DNA from: Gammaproteobacteria bacterium
Lineage (GTDB): Bacteria > Pseudomonadota > Gammaproteobacteria > UBA4575
Direction of reading: 5' to 3'
NCBI GenBank assembly: GCA_045106935.1
Contig: JBGCFN010000018.1
Span: 22,820 to 86,819 of the forward strand
Length of the DNA stretch: 64,000 bases
A model generated the notes under the pieces. It saw only the letters and a list, made by a program, of their open reading frames with translations. It made no database searches and was not told the DNA's origin. Below, piece after piece: positions 25,361-36,679 of the stretch. The translations under genes and the position numbers were made by a program. Within the stretch, counting starts at the first letter, position 1. Every line of letters begins with the position of its first letter.

Positions 25361-26128
25361 ATGAAAATCGCCAGTTGGAATGTCAATTCATTAAGAGTAC
25401 GTCTGCCACAAGTATTAGAATGGCTATATGCATCAGACGTAGATGTCCTGGCTATACAAGAGACTAAAACCCAAGATTCAGAATTTCCATTGGAAGAGAT
25501 ACAAGACGCGGGATACCACGTGGTTTTCTCCGGGCAAAAAACCTATAACGGCGTGGCAATATTGGCAAAAACCCAACCACAAGACCCAGTGACAGATATT
25601 GATAATTTAGATGATCCGCAACGTAGAATACTGGCGGCCACCGTCAACGATATACGCATCATAAATTTATATGTGGTGAATGGGTCAGAAGTAGGCAGTG
25701 AGAAATTTGCTTATAAACTTGATTGGTTAGAGAAAGTCACTGCTCACATCAAGAAAGAAATGAAAAAAAATAAGAAAGTCGTTGTTTTAGGAGATTTTAA
25801 TATTGCACCAGAAGACAGCGATGTACATGACCCTAAGCGATGGAAAGATAAAATTTTGTGTAGTCAGGAAGAGCGTCAAGCGTATGAAAAGATGCTAGCT
25901 TTAGGCCTTATGGATACTTTTCGTCAGTTTGATCAAGATGAAAATATGTTTAGTTGGTGGGATTATCGTGGGGGAGGGTTTCGTCGAAACCAAGGTTTGA
26001 GGATTGATTTAATTCTCGCTAGTAAGCTGTTAAGCGAGCAATGTAAGAATAGTACTATTGATATAACGCCACGCGGCTGGGAACGACCATCGGACCACAC
26101 ACCAGTAATAGCAGAATTTAGTGATTAA
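25361..26128 (+). CDS. xth: Exodeoxyribonuclease III family protein
   Basis: SWNVNS, QETK, YNGVA, GDFN, WWDYR, RID, SDH. Confidence 0.93.
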   Translation: MKIASWNVNSLRVRLPQVLEWLYASDVDVLAIQETKTQDSEFPLEEIQDAGYHVVFSGQKTYNGVAILAKTQPQDPVTDIDNLDDPQRRILAATVNDIRIINLYVVNGSEVGSEKFAYKLDWLEKVTAHIKKEMKKNKKVVVLGDFNIAPEDSDVHDPKRWKDKILCSQEERQAYEKMLALGLMDTFRQFDQDENMFSWWDYRGGGFRRNQGLRIDLILASKLLSEQCKNSTIDITPRGWERPSDHTPVIAEFSD

Positions 26129-26212
26129 ATAAATCGCTGGGTTGAGACTTACCAGCGCTTAGTTCAAAATCATGAATTGATTTCATAAGCACCACCTACA
26201 CTAGGGGGAAAC

Positions 26213-26851
26213 ATGCGCCACATCATGGTAATCAATGCTAAAGGCGGTTCAGGTAAAACCACCATTGCTACCAATCTAGCGAGTTATTTCGCGACTCAAA
26301 ATAAAAAAGTCACCATTATTGATTACGACCCACAGGGGAGTAGCCTGGATTGGATAGCGGAAAGGTCTTCCGCCAAACCGCCGATCCAAGGAATTGCTGG
26401 ATTTAAACGGAATGCCGAGCGGCCACCAAGAAAAACCGATATTGTCATCATGGATGTACCGGCGGCATTACATGGTGCAGAGTTAACTAATCTTGTTAAG
26501 AAGGCCCAGTCAATCTTGGTGCCTGTATTACCTTCACCGATTGATATGCGTGCGGCGACACATTTTTTAACTGAACTAAAAAAGTGTGCTCCCGTGTCGA
26601 AAAAGAAAGCCAAAGTAGCATTAGTAGCCAATAGGGCGAGAGAAATTACAAACATTGCTTGGGAATTGGAAGAATTTCTAAGTAAACAAAAAATTCCTTA
26701 CTTGACGATGTTACGTGATAATCAAAATTATGTCCGCGCTGCAGAAAGAGGATTAGGCATTTTTGAAATGGGACCAGCAGCAACCGCTGTCGATCGTGAT
26801 CAGTGGGAACCTATTTTAAAATGGATTAAGAGCAAACGAAGTCAACCATAA
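26213..26851 (+). CDS. Short orphan ParA/MinD-family ATPase
   Basis: Deviant Walker A KGGSGKTT, DYDPQGS, Walker B IMDVP, PVLPSPID; 212 aa; no ParB partner adjacent. Confidence 0.88.
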   Translation: MRHIMVINAKGGSGKTTIATNLASYFATQNKKVTIIDYDPQGSSLDWIAERSSAKPPIQGIAGFKRNAERPPRKTDIVIMDVPAALHGAELTNLVKKAQSILVPVLPSPIDMRAATHFLTELKKCAPVSKKKAKVALVANRAREITNIAWELEEFLSKQKIPYLTMLRDNQNYVRAAERGLGIFEMGPAATAVDRDQWEPILKWIKSKRSQP

Positions 26852-26894
26852 GCCGTAGCTAAAATAGTAAATAACAGGGAATGTTACAAAGGTT

Positions 26895-27485
26895 ATGCAA
26901 ATGAGAAATTTTGGTCTACTTATTGGCTTAATGCTTTTAATGCCTGCATCATTAACTGCCGATATTAGTACACCGCTATTATTAGAGCCCGTGCAAACTA
27001 AAATTCAATCAACACCAGATCAAAAAGAAGTTAAACAAGTGTCTAGAGATCTAGATGGGTTTGTCGACTATGTGTTGGTCAAAAAAAGAGAACGTAAATT
27101 ATACCTGTATTCTGAAGACCAAATAATTAAATCTTATAAAATTGGCTTGGGTAAACAGCCTGATGGGCAAAAACAAGAAGAAGGTGATTCCAGAACACCC
27201 GAAGGCTTATATACCTTAGACTGGCGAAATCCAAATAGTAAGTTCTTTCGCTCAATCCACGTATCGTATCCAAATGTTGTTCAAACAAGAACTGCAAAAG
27301 AAGCCGGAATAAATCCTGGCGGTGCAATTATGATTCACGGCCAACCTAATGACTGGTCTGAACGAATAAAACTAACCTTTAGTAGCCAAGACTGGACAGA
27401 AGGATGTATTGCTTTAGAAAATCAAGATATGATCGAAGTATGGGATCTCGTCCGCGACGGGACCCCAATTAAAATTGACCCTTAA
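26895..27485 (+). CDS. YkuD-family L,D-transpeptidase/carboxypeptidase
   Basis: Signal peptide; EGDSRTPEGLY, ISYPN-like motif, GGAIMIHG…WTEGCIAL (catalytic His/Cys). Confidence 0.88.
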   Translation: MQMRNFGLLIGLMLLMPASLTADISTPLLLEPVQTKIQSTPDQKEVKQVSRDLDGFVDYVLVKKRERKLYLYSEDQIIKSYKIGLGKQPDGQKQEEGDSRTPEGLYTLDWRNPNSKFFRSIHVSYPNVVQTRTAKEAGINPGGAIMIHGQPNDWSERIKLTFSSQDWTEGCIALENQDMIEVWDLVRDGTPIKIDP

Positions 27486-27486
27486 A

Positions 27487-28224
27487 TTATTTAGAAAATA
27501 CTTTTTTCAGTAAATCGGTTGTTCTTTTCGCAGGGTTTTCGCGAATCTGTTTTTCTTCAATAGCTAGGTAATAAAATATTCCATCAATACCCTTATTCAA
27601 TACATGCTGACTTAAATCTGCTTGTACATCAGGGACCAAAGGCAAGGCTTTATATTTTCCCATTGCATTGTTGTAAGTATTAATTGCACCTACTTCATTC
27701 AAACTAGCATCAACAATCGGTTTCATTTCTGCCGAGAGAGGTGAAGACATTTTACCTTTAAAATATTGAGTCGCGGCATCATCAGGACCATTTAAAATTG
27801 TTTTAACATCGGTCCAAGTTAGTTCTTTGATCGCGTTTAAAAATAAAGGTTTTGCTTTTTCCGTGGCAGTTTCTGCTGCTTCATTAAGTTTGTTTTCAAG
27901 GTTATTTAAAGAGCTGCCCATACCAAACTTATTCATAGTCTTTTGAACAGTTTGTAATGAATCTGGTAATGGGATTCTTATATTTGAGTCTGAATTGAAA
28001 CCACCTGGTGCACTAAGTTGGCTGACAACATTTTCTGAGCCAATGCTGAGTGCGTCTTTCAGAGCTCCAGCAATATCATTGTCAGATAGAGACGAGCCAG
28101 GAGTGCTATCAGAGGTAGTAATAACTTCCTTAAGTTTATCAAACCAACCTGCTTGCAAAGGGCTAAATAAGAGTGTGTATAGAATACTTATTAATATTAC
28201 TGTGAATTTAAATTTTTGCGTCAT
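27487..28224 (-). CDS. Exported DUF4197-like protein
   Basis: Signal peptide; ALKDAL..G, IRIPLP, LNEAAE.A, DDAATQYF, EEKQIRENP..RTTDLLKKVF, recognised as typical of DUF4197. Confidence 0.75.
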   Translation of the reverse strand: MTQKFKFTVILISILYTLLFSPLQAGWFDKLKEVITTSDSTPGSSLSDNDIAGALKDALSIGSENVVSQLSAPGGFNSDSNIRIPLPDSLQTVQKTMNKFGMGSSLNNLENKLNEAAETATEKAKPLFLNAIKELTWTDVKTILNGPDDAATQYFKGKMSSPLSAEMKPIVDASLNEVGAINTYNNAMGKYKALPLVPDVQADLSQHVLNKGIDGIFYYLAIEEKQIRENPAKRTTDLLKKVFSK

Positions 28225-28268
28225 AGTGGCCCCTATTTTTTATCAGAATTTATTCTTAAAGATTATAC

Positions 28269-29759
28269 CTACTTAGTAGACATTAGTTTTATGTAAGGTT
28301 TCCAAATTAATAGAATTAAAATTATCACGGGAATACCCATTAGCGCAGTGATGGCGAAAAATGATTGATAGCCAGCATAATCTACAATTTGCCCAGAATA
28401 ACCCGCCAATAACTTAGGAAATAAAAGAGTAATAGAGCTGAAGGCTGCGTATTGAGTAGCACTAAACTGTTTAGAAACAAGTGTTGACAGGAAAGCAACA
28501 GCAGCACCACCGGCCAATCCGCCTGAGAGGTTGTCACCAACAATAGCAAAGCTTAAAGCGAGCACTGAAGGTTCGGCTAAATTTGCTAAATAAATAAACA
28601 TTAGATTAGATAACGCCGCAACAATGGCGCCGACAAATAAAATTTTAATCACACCAAGTCGTATCGCCAGAAGCCCACCGAGTACGCCGCCGATTAAACT
28701 AACTATCGTGCCAAAAATAAAGCTAATACGACTGATTTGAATCTTGCTATAACCCATATCTGTGTAGAAGACTTTTGCCATCACACCCATGACGATATCT
28801 GAAGTTCTGTAAAGGCAGATGACAAGCAGGAGCCATAACGCTAATTTTCCATAACGACTGAAAAAATCTATAAAAGGTGAAATATATACATCACTAAATT
28901 CTTGCTTGTTCAACAAGCCGAAATGACTAAGCGAGCGTCCTACAACAATGGCAAGAAATATAGAAAGTGTCAGTCTGGTAGCCGAGATAAACAGATTAAT
29001 AACAGCCATATCTGATTGAATATGACTTAGTAGCTTACCCAAGGTGATAAAACTAACAACAAAACCAGCCACAATTAAAAGAAAATGTATAAATAAGCGT
29101 AGTTGACTATTAATCGGTACACGCGAAATTGCTATTTGTGGTTCACGAATTAATAAAGTTGTCGCGACACCCGTAAACATAAAGCCTGCCATGCATAAAT
29201 AAGCAAATTGCCAAGAATGAAAATCATAATGGCTTTCCCCGCCTATCCAGGCGCTTAATTCTAAAGCGCCTGCTCCGGCAAACAACATACCAATTCGATA
29301 ACCAGCAATAGCGACACCAGCTAATAATGCTTGTTGGTCATCGGGTGCAATATCAATTCGATAAGCATCAATTACAATATCTTGAGTGGCGGAAGCGAAA
29401 CCAAGCAACACAGCACCCGCAGCAAGTAAGATAAAATTTAAATGTGTTTGTTGTGGATCCCAAGTGGCCATCCATATCAAAGCAAAAATAATGGCGCCTT
29501 GTGAGACAAGCATCCACGAACGGCGGCGTCCAAATCGATGTGTTAAAAAAGGAATATTTAAACTATCTACAAGAGGGGCCCAAATAAATTTAAACCCATA
29601 TGACAAGCCAGCCCAGCTTAAAAAGCCAATGGTTGCTCTCTCTATTCCTGCTTCTCTTAGCCAGACAGATAGTGTGCCAAAGACAAGTAAAATTGGAAGG
29701 CCTGAGGAGATGCCTAGAAAAAATAAAGCGACTGTATTTGCACGGAGATTATGATTCAT
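28269..29759 (-). CDS. ampG: AmpG-family muropeptide MFS transporter
   Basis: LGISSGLP, KFIWAPLVD, GRRRSW, SATQDIVIDAYRI, ATQYA. Confidence 0.9.
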   Translation of the reverse strand: MNHNLRANTVALFFLGISSGLPILLVFGTLSVWLREAGIERATIGFLSWAGLSYGFKFIWAPLVDSLNIPFLTHRFGRRRSWMLVSQGAIIFALIWMATWDPQQTHLNFILLAAGAVLLGFASATQDIVIDAYRIDIAPDDQQALLAGVAIAGYRIGMLFAGAGALELSAWIGGESHYDFHSWQFAYLCMAGFMFTGVATTLLIREPQIAISRVPINSQLRLFIHFLLIVAGFVVSFITLGKLLSHIQSDMAVINLFISATRLTLSIFLAIVVGRSLSHFGLLNKQEFSDVYISPFIDFFSRYGKLALWLLLVICLYRTSDIVMGVMAKVFYTDMGYSKIQISRISFIFGTIVSLIGGVLGGLLAIRLGVIKILFVGAIVAALSNLMFIYLANLAEPSVLALSFAIVGDNLSGGLAGGAAVAFLSTLVSKQFSATQYAAFSSITLLFPKLLAGYSGQIVDYAGYQSFFAITALMGIPVIILILLIWKPYIKLMSTK

Positions 29760-29776
29760 AAATTCCGCAGCTTAAG

Positions 29777-30562
29777 TTACAAAGAGAATTTGTAATTCAA
29801 AATCAATGGTGCGTGATCTGAGAAGCGCTGATCTTTATAGATTGACTCTGAGGTTGCAAGTCCTTTTAGGCCAGGCGTAGTGATATGATAATCAATTCTC
29901 CAGCCAACATTTTTAGCCCATGCTTGTCCTCGATTTGACCACCAAGTGTATTGATCCTCGTGAGGATTTATTTCTCTGAAAGCATCAACATAATTTTGCT
30001 TGTTAAATAACTCATCTAGCCAAGCTCGCTCTTCAGGTAAAAAGCCTGAATTTTTTTTGTTACCTTTCCAGTTTTTTAGATCAATTTCTTTGTGCGCAAT
30101 ATTCCAATCCCCACAAATAATATATTCACGTTTGCGTCGTTTAAGTGATTTAAGATGTTTCATGAACACATCCATAAAACGAAACTTAGCCGCTTGTCTT
30201 TCTTCGCTAGAAGAACCAGAGGGCGCATATAAAGATACTACGGCAACGTCATCAAACTGTACTTCTAAGTATCTTCCCTCATTATCGAATTCTTCAATAC
30301 CTAACTTTGTAATTACCTTGGTTGGTTTTTTTCGACAGTAAATGGCGACACCGCTGTAGCCTTTTTTTTGGGCATCGACATAGTAGTGATAATAGCCGCT
30401 GGGAAAGAAAGTAGGGTCAGCCTCCAGTTGTTCAAATTGAGCCTTAGTTTCTTGTAGGCACACAACATCCGCATTTTGTTGGTGTAACCATTCAAAAAAG
30501 CCTTTTCTAGCAGCAGCACGAATACCGTTGGCATTCAAAGAGATAATTTTTGTTGTAGACAA
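29777..30562 (-). CDS. Second ExoIII-family AP endonuclease (ExoA/Crc-like clade)
   Basis: NANGIRAA, LQETK, GYSGVA, GDWN, GFLPEERAW, GWRIDY, SDH; divergent from pyrE. Confidence 0.9.
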   Translation of the reverse strand: MSTTKIISLNANGIRAAARKGFFEWLHQQNADVVCLQETKAQFEQLEADPTFFPSGYYHYYVDAQKKGYSGVAIYCRKKPTKVITKLGIEEFDNEGRYLEVQFDDVAVVSLYAPSGSSSEERQAAKFRFMDVFMKHLKSLKRRKREYIICGDWNIAHKEIDLKNWKGNKKNSGFLPEERAWLDELFNKQNYVDAFREINPHEDQYTWWSNRGQAWAKNVGWRIDYHITTPGLKGLATSESIYKDQRFSDHAPLILNYKFSL

Positions 30563-30641
30563 TGGATATTTGGTGAGATTGTTTAATTGAGGAGCTTACT
30601 TTAGCATGCTGAAAAACAACTATCATTAGACGTATAAAATT

Positions 30642-31280
30642 ATGAATGCAGCATCGTTTGTTAAATTTGCCCTAGAAAATGAAGCACTACAATTTGGAGA
30701 ATTTACACTCAAATCAGGACGAATTAGTCCTTACTTTTTTAATGCTGGAAAATTTAACCAAGGGGCAGCATTTAATGCCTTAGGTCGTTTTTATGCTGAT
30801 ACGCTGATGCAAGCGGGGGTATCATTTGATCTATTATTTGGTCCTGCATATAAAGGAATACCGTTAGCCACAGCAGCATCAATTGCACTTGATAACCAGT
30901 ATCAGCGATCAGTTGGGGTCGCATTTAACAGAAAAGAGGCTAAAACTCACGGAGAAGCAGGAAAACTAATCGGTGCGCCATTATCCGGGCGAGTTGTGAT
31001 TGTAGATGATGTCATTACGGCGGGGACGGCGATACGTGAGAGCATGGGATTAATCGAAGAGGCGGGTGCAGAACCTGCTGCCGTATTGGTGGCTTTGGAT
31101 AGACAAGAAAAAGGTCCAGAGGGCTTTAGTGCCATTCAAGAGATAGAAAAGGCGTATAAAATCCCTGTATTGGCTATCGCGACATTAGAAAATTTGCTGG
31201 AATATGCTAAGAATCACGAGAATCTATCCAACCAACTGGAACAATTAACATCTTATCGACAAACTTATGGCATTGAGTAA
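30642..31280 (+). CDS. pyrE: Orotate phosphoribosyltransferase
   Basis: FTLKSGRISPYFFN, GPAYKG, VDDVITAGTA. Confidence 0.97.
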   Translation: MNAASFVKFALENEALQFGEFTLKSGRISPYFFNAGKFNQGAAFNALGRFYADTLMQAGVSFDLLFGPAYKGIPLATAASIALDNQYQRSVGVAFNRKEAKTHGEAGKLIGAPLSGRVVIVDDVITAGTAIRESMGLIEEAGAEPAAVLVALDRQEKGPEGFSAIQEIEKAYKIPVLAIATLENLLEYAKNHENLSNQLEQLTSYRQTYGIE

Positions 31281-31342
31281 GAACTCGCCGGAAAATTAGT
31301 GATCTAATCTAAAGTTTTAACCAGGAATCCCTTGCTATATTC

Positions 31343-32858
<1,516 letters not shown>

Positions 32859-34232
32859 TTAAAAAGGTAGATTAATTGTTGAGTCTACAGAAAGTATCTG
32901 AGATCTAAAATTCTCTTTTAAAAGCGATAACTTTTCATCACTTTCAGCTTCAAAACGAATGACCAAAGAAGGAGTCGTATTTGATGCACGCACTAAACCC
33001 CAACCATAATCAAAATCTGCACGTACACCGTCAATAGTGGATAACTTTGCTTCGGCAAAGTTCGATTGAGCGATGAATTTAGTAATAAATTCATGCTGAG
33101 CACCATCTTCTTCAAGCTTAACGGTTATTTCCGGTGTACTGACATCATTAGGCAAGTCGTTAAAAATTTCACTTACCGGTCTTTGATCAGCAGCTAAAAT
33201 TTCTAGCATACGTGCTGCGGAATATAAGCCGTCATCAAAACCGAACCAGCGCTCCTTGAAAAATATATGCCCACTCATTTCTCCTGCTAATAAAGCGCCC
33301 GTCTCCTTCATTTTATTTTTTATAAATGAGTGCCCAGTTTTCCACATGGTGGCTTTGCCGCCTGCCTGTTCGATATAAGTAGCTAGATTACGTGATGATT
33401 TAACATCAAATATAATCTCTGCTCCTGGGTTTCGTGAAAGAACATCTTGCGCATACAACATCATTTGTCGGTCGGCCCACAAAACTTCTCCATGTTCATC
33501 AACAATACCAACACGATCACCGTCGCCATCAAAGGCCAAACCTAAATCTAGCTTGTTATCTAAGACAGTTTTAATTAAATCCTCTAAATTTTCGGGTTCA
33601 CTAGGATTGGGGTGATGATTTGGGAAGTGACCATCGATATCACAAAATAATTCATCAACCCGATGGCAGCCTAAACCATTAAATAACTTTATTGCCGTAG
33701 GCCCTGCGACACCATTACCACAATCAATCGCGATAGATAGAGGTCTTTGTAAGGTGACTTCATTGAAAATAGTGTTGAGATAGTCATCAAGGATATTGTG
33801 TTCTTGGACAGCCCCATCACCGCTATTAAATTTACCGTTTTGAATACAGGTATAGATGTCTTGGATCATATCGCCAAACAGCGTTTTTTCACCCATGACC
33901 ATTTTGATGCCATTATATTCAGGTGGGTTGTGACTCCCTGTGACCATAAGGCCGGAACCTGTACCAAGAGAATGAGTTGCATAATAAAGAACGGGTGTTG
34001 GTACTTCACCAATATCGACGACGTCAACACCTGTCGAGCGCAATCCTTCAATTAAATTATCTGAGAGTTCTTTACTGGTAAGACGGCCATCACGGCCGAC
34101 CGCTACTTTTTTACAATCTGGGTACAAGGTGCCAATGGCCTTACCAATAAGAAGCACAACATCAGGGCGCAAGTCTGTTTTTACAACGCCTCTTATGTCA
34201 TACGCACGAAATATGCTGGAGGTGACATCCAT
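32859..34232 (-). CDS. algC: Phosphomannomutase/phosphoglucomutase
   Basis: FRAYDIRG, TGSHNP, FDGDGDR, GEMSGH, RASNT. Confidence 0.93.
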   Translation of the reverse strand: MDVTSSIFRAYDIRGVVKTDLRPDVVLLIGKAIGTLYPDCKKVAVGRDGRLTSKELSDNLIEGLRSTGVDVVDIGEVPTPVLYYATHSLGTGSGLMVTGSHNPPEYNGIKMVMGEKTLFGDMIQDIYTCIQNGKFNSGDGAVQEHNILDDYLNTIFNEVTLQRPLSIAIDCGNGVAGPTAIKLFNGLGCHRVDELFCDIDGHFPNHHPNPSEPENLEDLIKTVLDNKLDLGLAFDGDGDRVGIVDEHGEVLWADRQMMLYAQDVLSRNPGAEIIFDVKSSRNLATYIEQAGGKATMWKTGHSFIKNKMKETGALLAGEMSGHIFFKERWFGFDDGLYSAARMLEILAADQRPVSEIFNDLPNDVSTPEITVKLEEDGAQHEFITKFIAQSNFAEAKLSTIDGVRADFDYGWGLVRASNTTPSLVIRFEAESDEKLSLLKENFRSQILSVDSTINLPF

Positions 34233-34267
34233 TGTTTACTCCTAAGTTTGTATATTAAAAGTCATGA

Positions 34268-34738
34268 CTATTGACCGGTATGGCCAAACCCACCTTCTCC
34301 ACGTGCTGTTTCTGTAAAGTCATCAACAAGATCAAACGTCGCTTGTATTACAGGAACAAAAACTAGTTGAGCAATTCGATCTCCTGGATTGATTTTAAAT
34401 TCCTGTTCACCTCTGTTCCATAATGAAACCATTAATGGTCCTTGGTAATCAGAATCAATTAACCCAACTAAGTTGCCCAATACAATGCCATGTTTATGAC
34501 CAAGACCAGAACGTGGAAGAATGACAGCAGCCAATGAAGGGTCATCGATAAAGATTGAAATTCCTGTTGGAATTAAATGTGTTTCACCGGGCAAGACAAC
34601 CATTGTTTCATCAATGCATGCTTGTAAATCCAGTCCCGCAGATCCACTTGTTGCGTAACTAGGTATTGGAAATTCGTTTCCAATACGCTGATCTAATATT
34701 TTAAGTTTAATTTTATTTTGACTGGAGGTAAGTGACAT
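34268..34738 (-). CDS. dut: dUTP pyrophosphatase
   Basis: [32 protein letters not shown]. Start probably ATG 34738; the ORF track extends to 34777. Confidence 0.96.
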   Translation of the reverse strand: MSLTSSQNKIKLKILDQRIGNEFPIPSYATSGSAGLDLQACIDETMVVLPGETHLIPTGISIFIDDPSLAAVILPRSGLGHKHGIVLGNLVGLIDSDYQGPLMVSLWNRGEQEFKINPGDRIAQLVFVPVIQATFDLVDDFTETARGEGGFGHTGQ

Positions 34739-35945
34739 TTGTATGAGATGTTTGTTTATTAAGTTGTGAGGAGACATGCTTAATGATCAATCGTGCTAGC
34801 TCCGATTTGCGTGCCCGTGGTAATGAAGTTGTACAGTCATGAGTAATGACTTCAACGGCATTAAAATCACTATCAAAACCCTGGTCAGTTAAGCCCACTT
34901 GGTTAGCAATAATCATATTAAGATTCTTCTTGTTTAATTTTTCTTTTGCATGCTGAATAAGCTTTTCTGTTTCTGCTGCAAAGCCAACACAAAACAAGTC
35001 CGGTCTAGATTGCTTTATTTCTTTTATTATGTCTGGTGTGCGTGAAAGCGTGATTGACAAGGAGTTATGTTCTTTTTTGATTTTATTGTCTGACACTTTA
35101 CTTGGTTGATAGTCTGCTACAGCAGCAGCAGCAATAAATAAGTCACACTCAACACTATGTTGCATAACAGCGTCATACATTTGTTGGGCAGTTTCCACTT
35201 GAATATAGCGAATACGATTATTTTCTTGTAAGCGTGTTGGGCCACTGATGACGGTAACCTGGGCGCCTGCTTCCATGGCAGCGTCAGCAATGGCATAACC
35301 CATTTTGCCAGATGAGCGATTACTAATGAAACGAACAGGATCAATAGGCTCCACCGTTGGGCCGGCAGTAATAAGCACTTTCTTAGCGGTTAGATGACTA
35401 CTATTAAATAAAGAGACACACTGATGAACTAAATCATCGGGCGAAAGCATTCTACCTTCGCCAGATTCGCCACATGCTTGAATGCCATGATCAGGACCAA
35501 ACACTTTAACGTCACGTGTTATTAAATTTGTGATGTTTTCTTGAGTAACAGAGTTGCTCCACATTGCTTGGTTCATCGCTGGCGCAATGGCTAAAATCCC
35601 TTGATGAGCGAGACACAGTGAACTGACAAAGCTATCGGCAACACCATGACTAATTTTGGCAATAATGTTTGCCGTTGCAGGCGCAATAATGATGGCATCT
35701 GCCCAGCGTGATAAAGCGATGTGATCCATGCCTGCGGGATCAAAGCTGGCGTTATCTGAAGTATGAACCGGGTATCCAGATAAAGACTGAAAGGTCAACG
35801 GAGTGACAAACTTAGTTGCACTTTCTGTCATGACAACGCGCACCTGTGCACCTTCCCGTTGAAGTGCGCGTACAAATTCAGCACTCTTATAGGCAGCGAT
35901 TCCGCCACTAACGGCGACAAGGATATGCTTATTGACTAGTTTCAT
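34713..35945 (-). CDS. coaBC: Bifunctional phosphopantothenoylcysteine decarboxylase/synthetase
   Basis: [50 protein letters not shown]. Start placed at MKLVNK (35945). Confidence 0.96.
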   Translation of the reverse strand: MKLVNKHILVAVSGGIAAYKSAEFVRALQREGAQVRVVMTESATKFVTPLTFQSLSGYPVHTSDNASFDPAGMDHIALSRWADAIIIAPATANIIAKISHGVADSFVSSLCLAHQGILAIAPAMNQAMWSNSVTQENITNLITRDVKVFGPDHGIQACGESGEGRMLSPDDLVHQCVSLFNSSHLTAKKVLITAGPTVEPIDPVRFISNRSSGKMGYAIADAAMEAGAQVTVISGPTRLQENNRIRYIQVETAQQMYDAVMQHSVECDLFIAAAAVADYQPSKVSDNKIKKEHNSLSITLSRTPDIIKEIKQSRPDLFCVGFAAETEKLIQHAKEKLNKKNLNMIIANQVGLTDQGFDSDFNAVEVITHDCTTSLPRARKSELARLIIKHVSSQLNKQTSHTNVTYLQSK

Positions 35946-36007
35946 GGCAAAGAAGTGTACCAGAATCAACCACCAGATCGTGAATCTACTCCTAGTTTTT
36001 GTTGTTT

Positions 36008-36676
36008 ATGATTCGAAATTGGCCAGTTAAAAGTCGTCCTCGTGAGAGGCTAATCAATGAAGGTGCAGAAGTACTGACAGACGCTGAGTTGTTGGCGATT
36101 ATTTTAAGAACAGGGACTTCTGGAAAAAGTGTTGTCTCCTTAGCACAAGAGTTACTTAACCAGTTTGGTGATCTGCGCAGTTTACTTACCTGTGAGCAAG
36201 ACCAATTTCAGCAAGTTAAAGGCTTAGGCCCAGCAAAGTTTGCACAAATAGCTGCGATTAAAGTCATTGCACAACGAAGCTTGAGGGAGCAACTGTCATC
36301 TAAGCCAACATTATGTGGGTCTAAAGATGCCGCTAATTTTTTATTATCAAAAATGCGAGATTATAAACTTGAGGTATTTGCATGCTTATTATTAGATACA
36401 CGTAATCAATTAATTCGATATGAAGAGCTTTTTACAGGGTCTATTAATGGTGCGTGTATCTATCCTCGTGAAGTAGTGAAACTAGTATTAAAAACAAATG
36501 CTGCTGCTGTCATTTTTGCGCATAACCACCCATCTGGGAATACTCAACCTAGTGAAGCGGATAAGCTAATTACCAATCAACTTAAAAAAGCATTGGCACT
36601 TATTGATGTGCGTGTGCTTGATCATATAATTGTTGGTGATGATAGCTTTTCGATGGCGGAGTGTGGATTGATCTAG
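36008..36676 (+). CDS. radC: RadC (JAB/MPN domain) protein
   Basis: RPRERL, LTDAELLA, GLGPAK, AHNHPSG..PSEAD, LDHIIVG; divergent from coaBC. Start placed at ATG 36008. Confidence 0.93.
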   Translation: MIRNWPVKSRPRERLINEGAEVLTDAELLAIILRTGTSGKSVVSLAQELLNQFGDLRSLLTCEQDQFQQVKGLGPAKFAQIAAIKVIAQRSLREQLSSKPTLCGSKDAANFLLSKMRDYKLEVFACLLLDTRNQLIRYEELFTGSINGACIYPREVVKLVLKTNAAAVIFAHNHPSGNTQPSEADKLITNQLKKALALIDVRVLDHIIVGDDSFSMAECGLI

Positions 36677-36679
36677 CAA

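Noticed and set aside
26135-26157. CGCTGG…CCAGCG hairpin after xth as a terminator
   Set aside because: Short stem, large loop and no proper U-tract; too weak to call.
26213-26851. Second ParA as evidence of an integrated plasmid or prophage
   Set aside because: No rep, parB, integrase or flanking repeats; neighbours are ordinary chromosomal genes.
36008-36676. radC as a marker of a mobile element
   Set aside because: It is the full-length chromosomal form, divergent from coaBC, with no integrase or att sites nearby.
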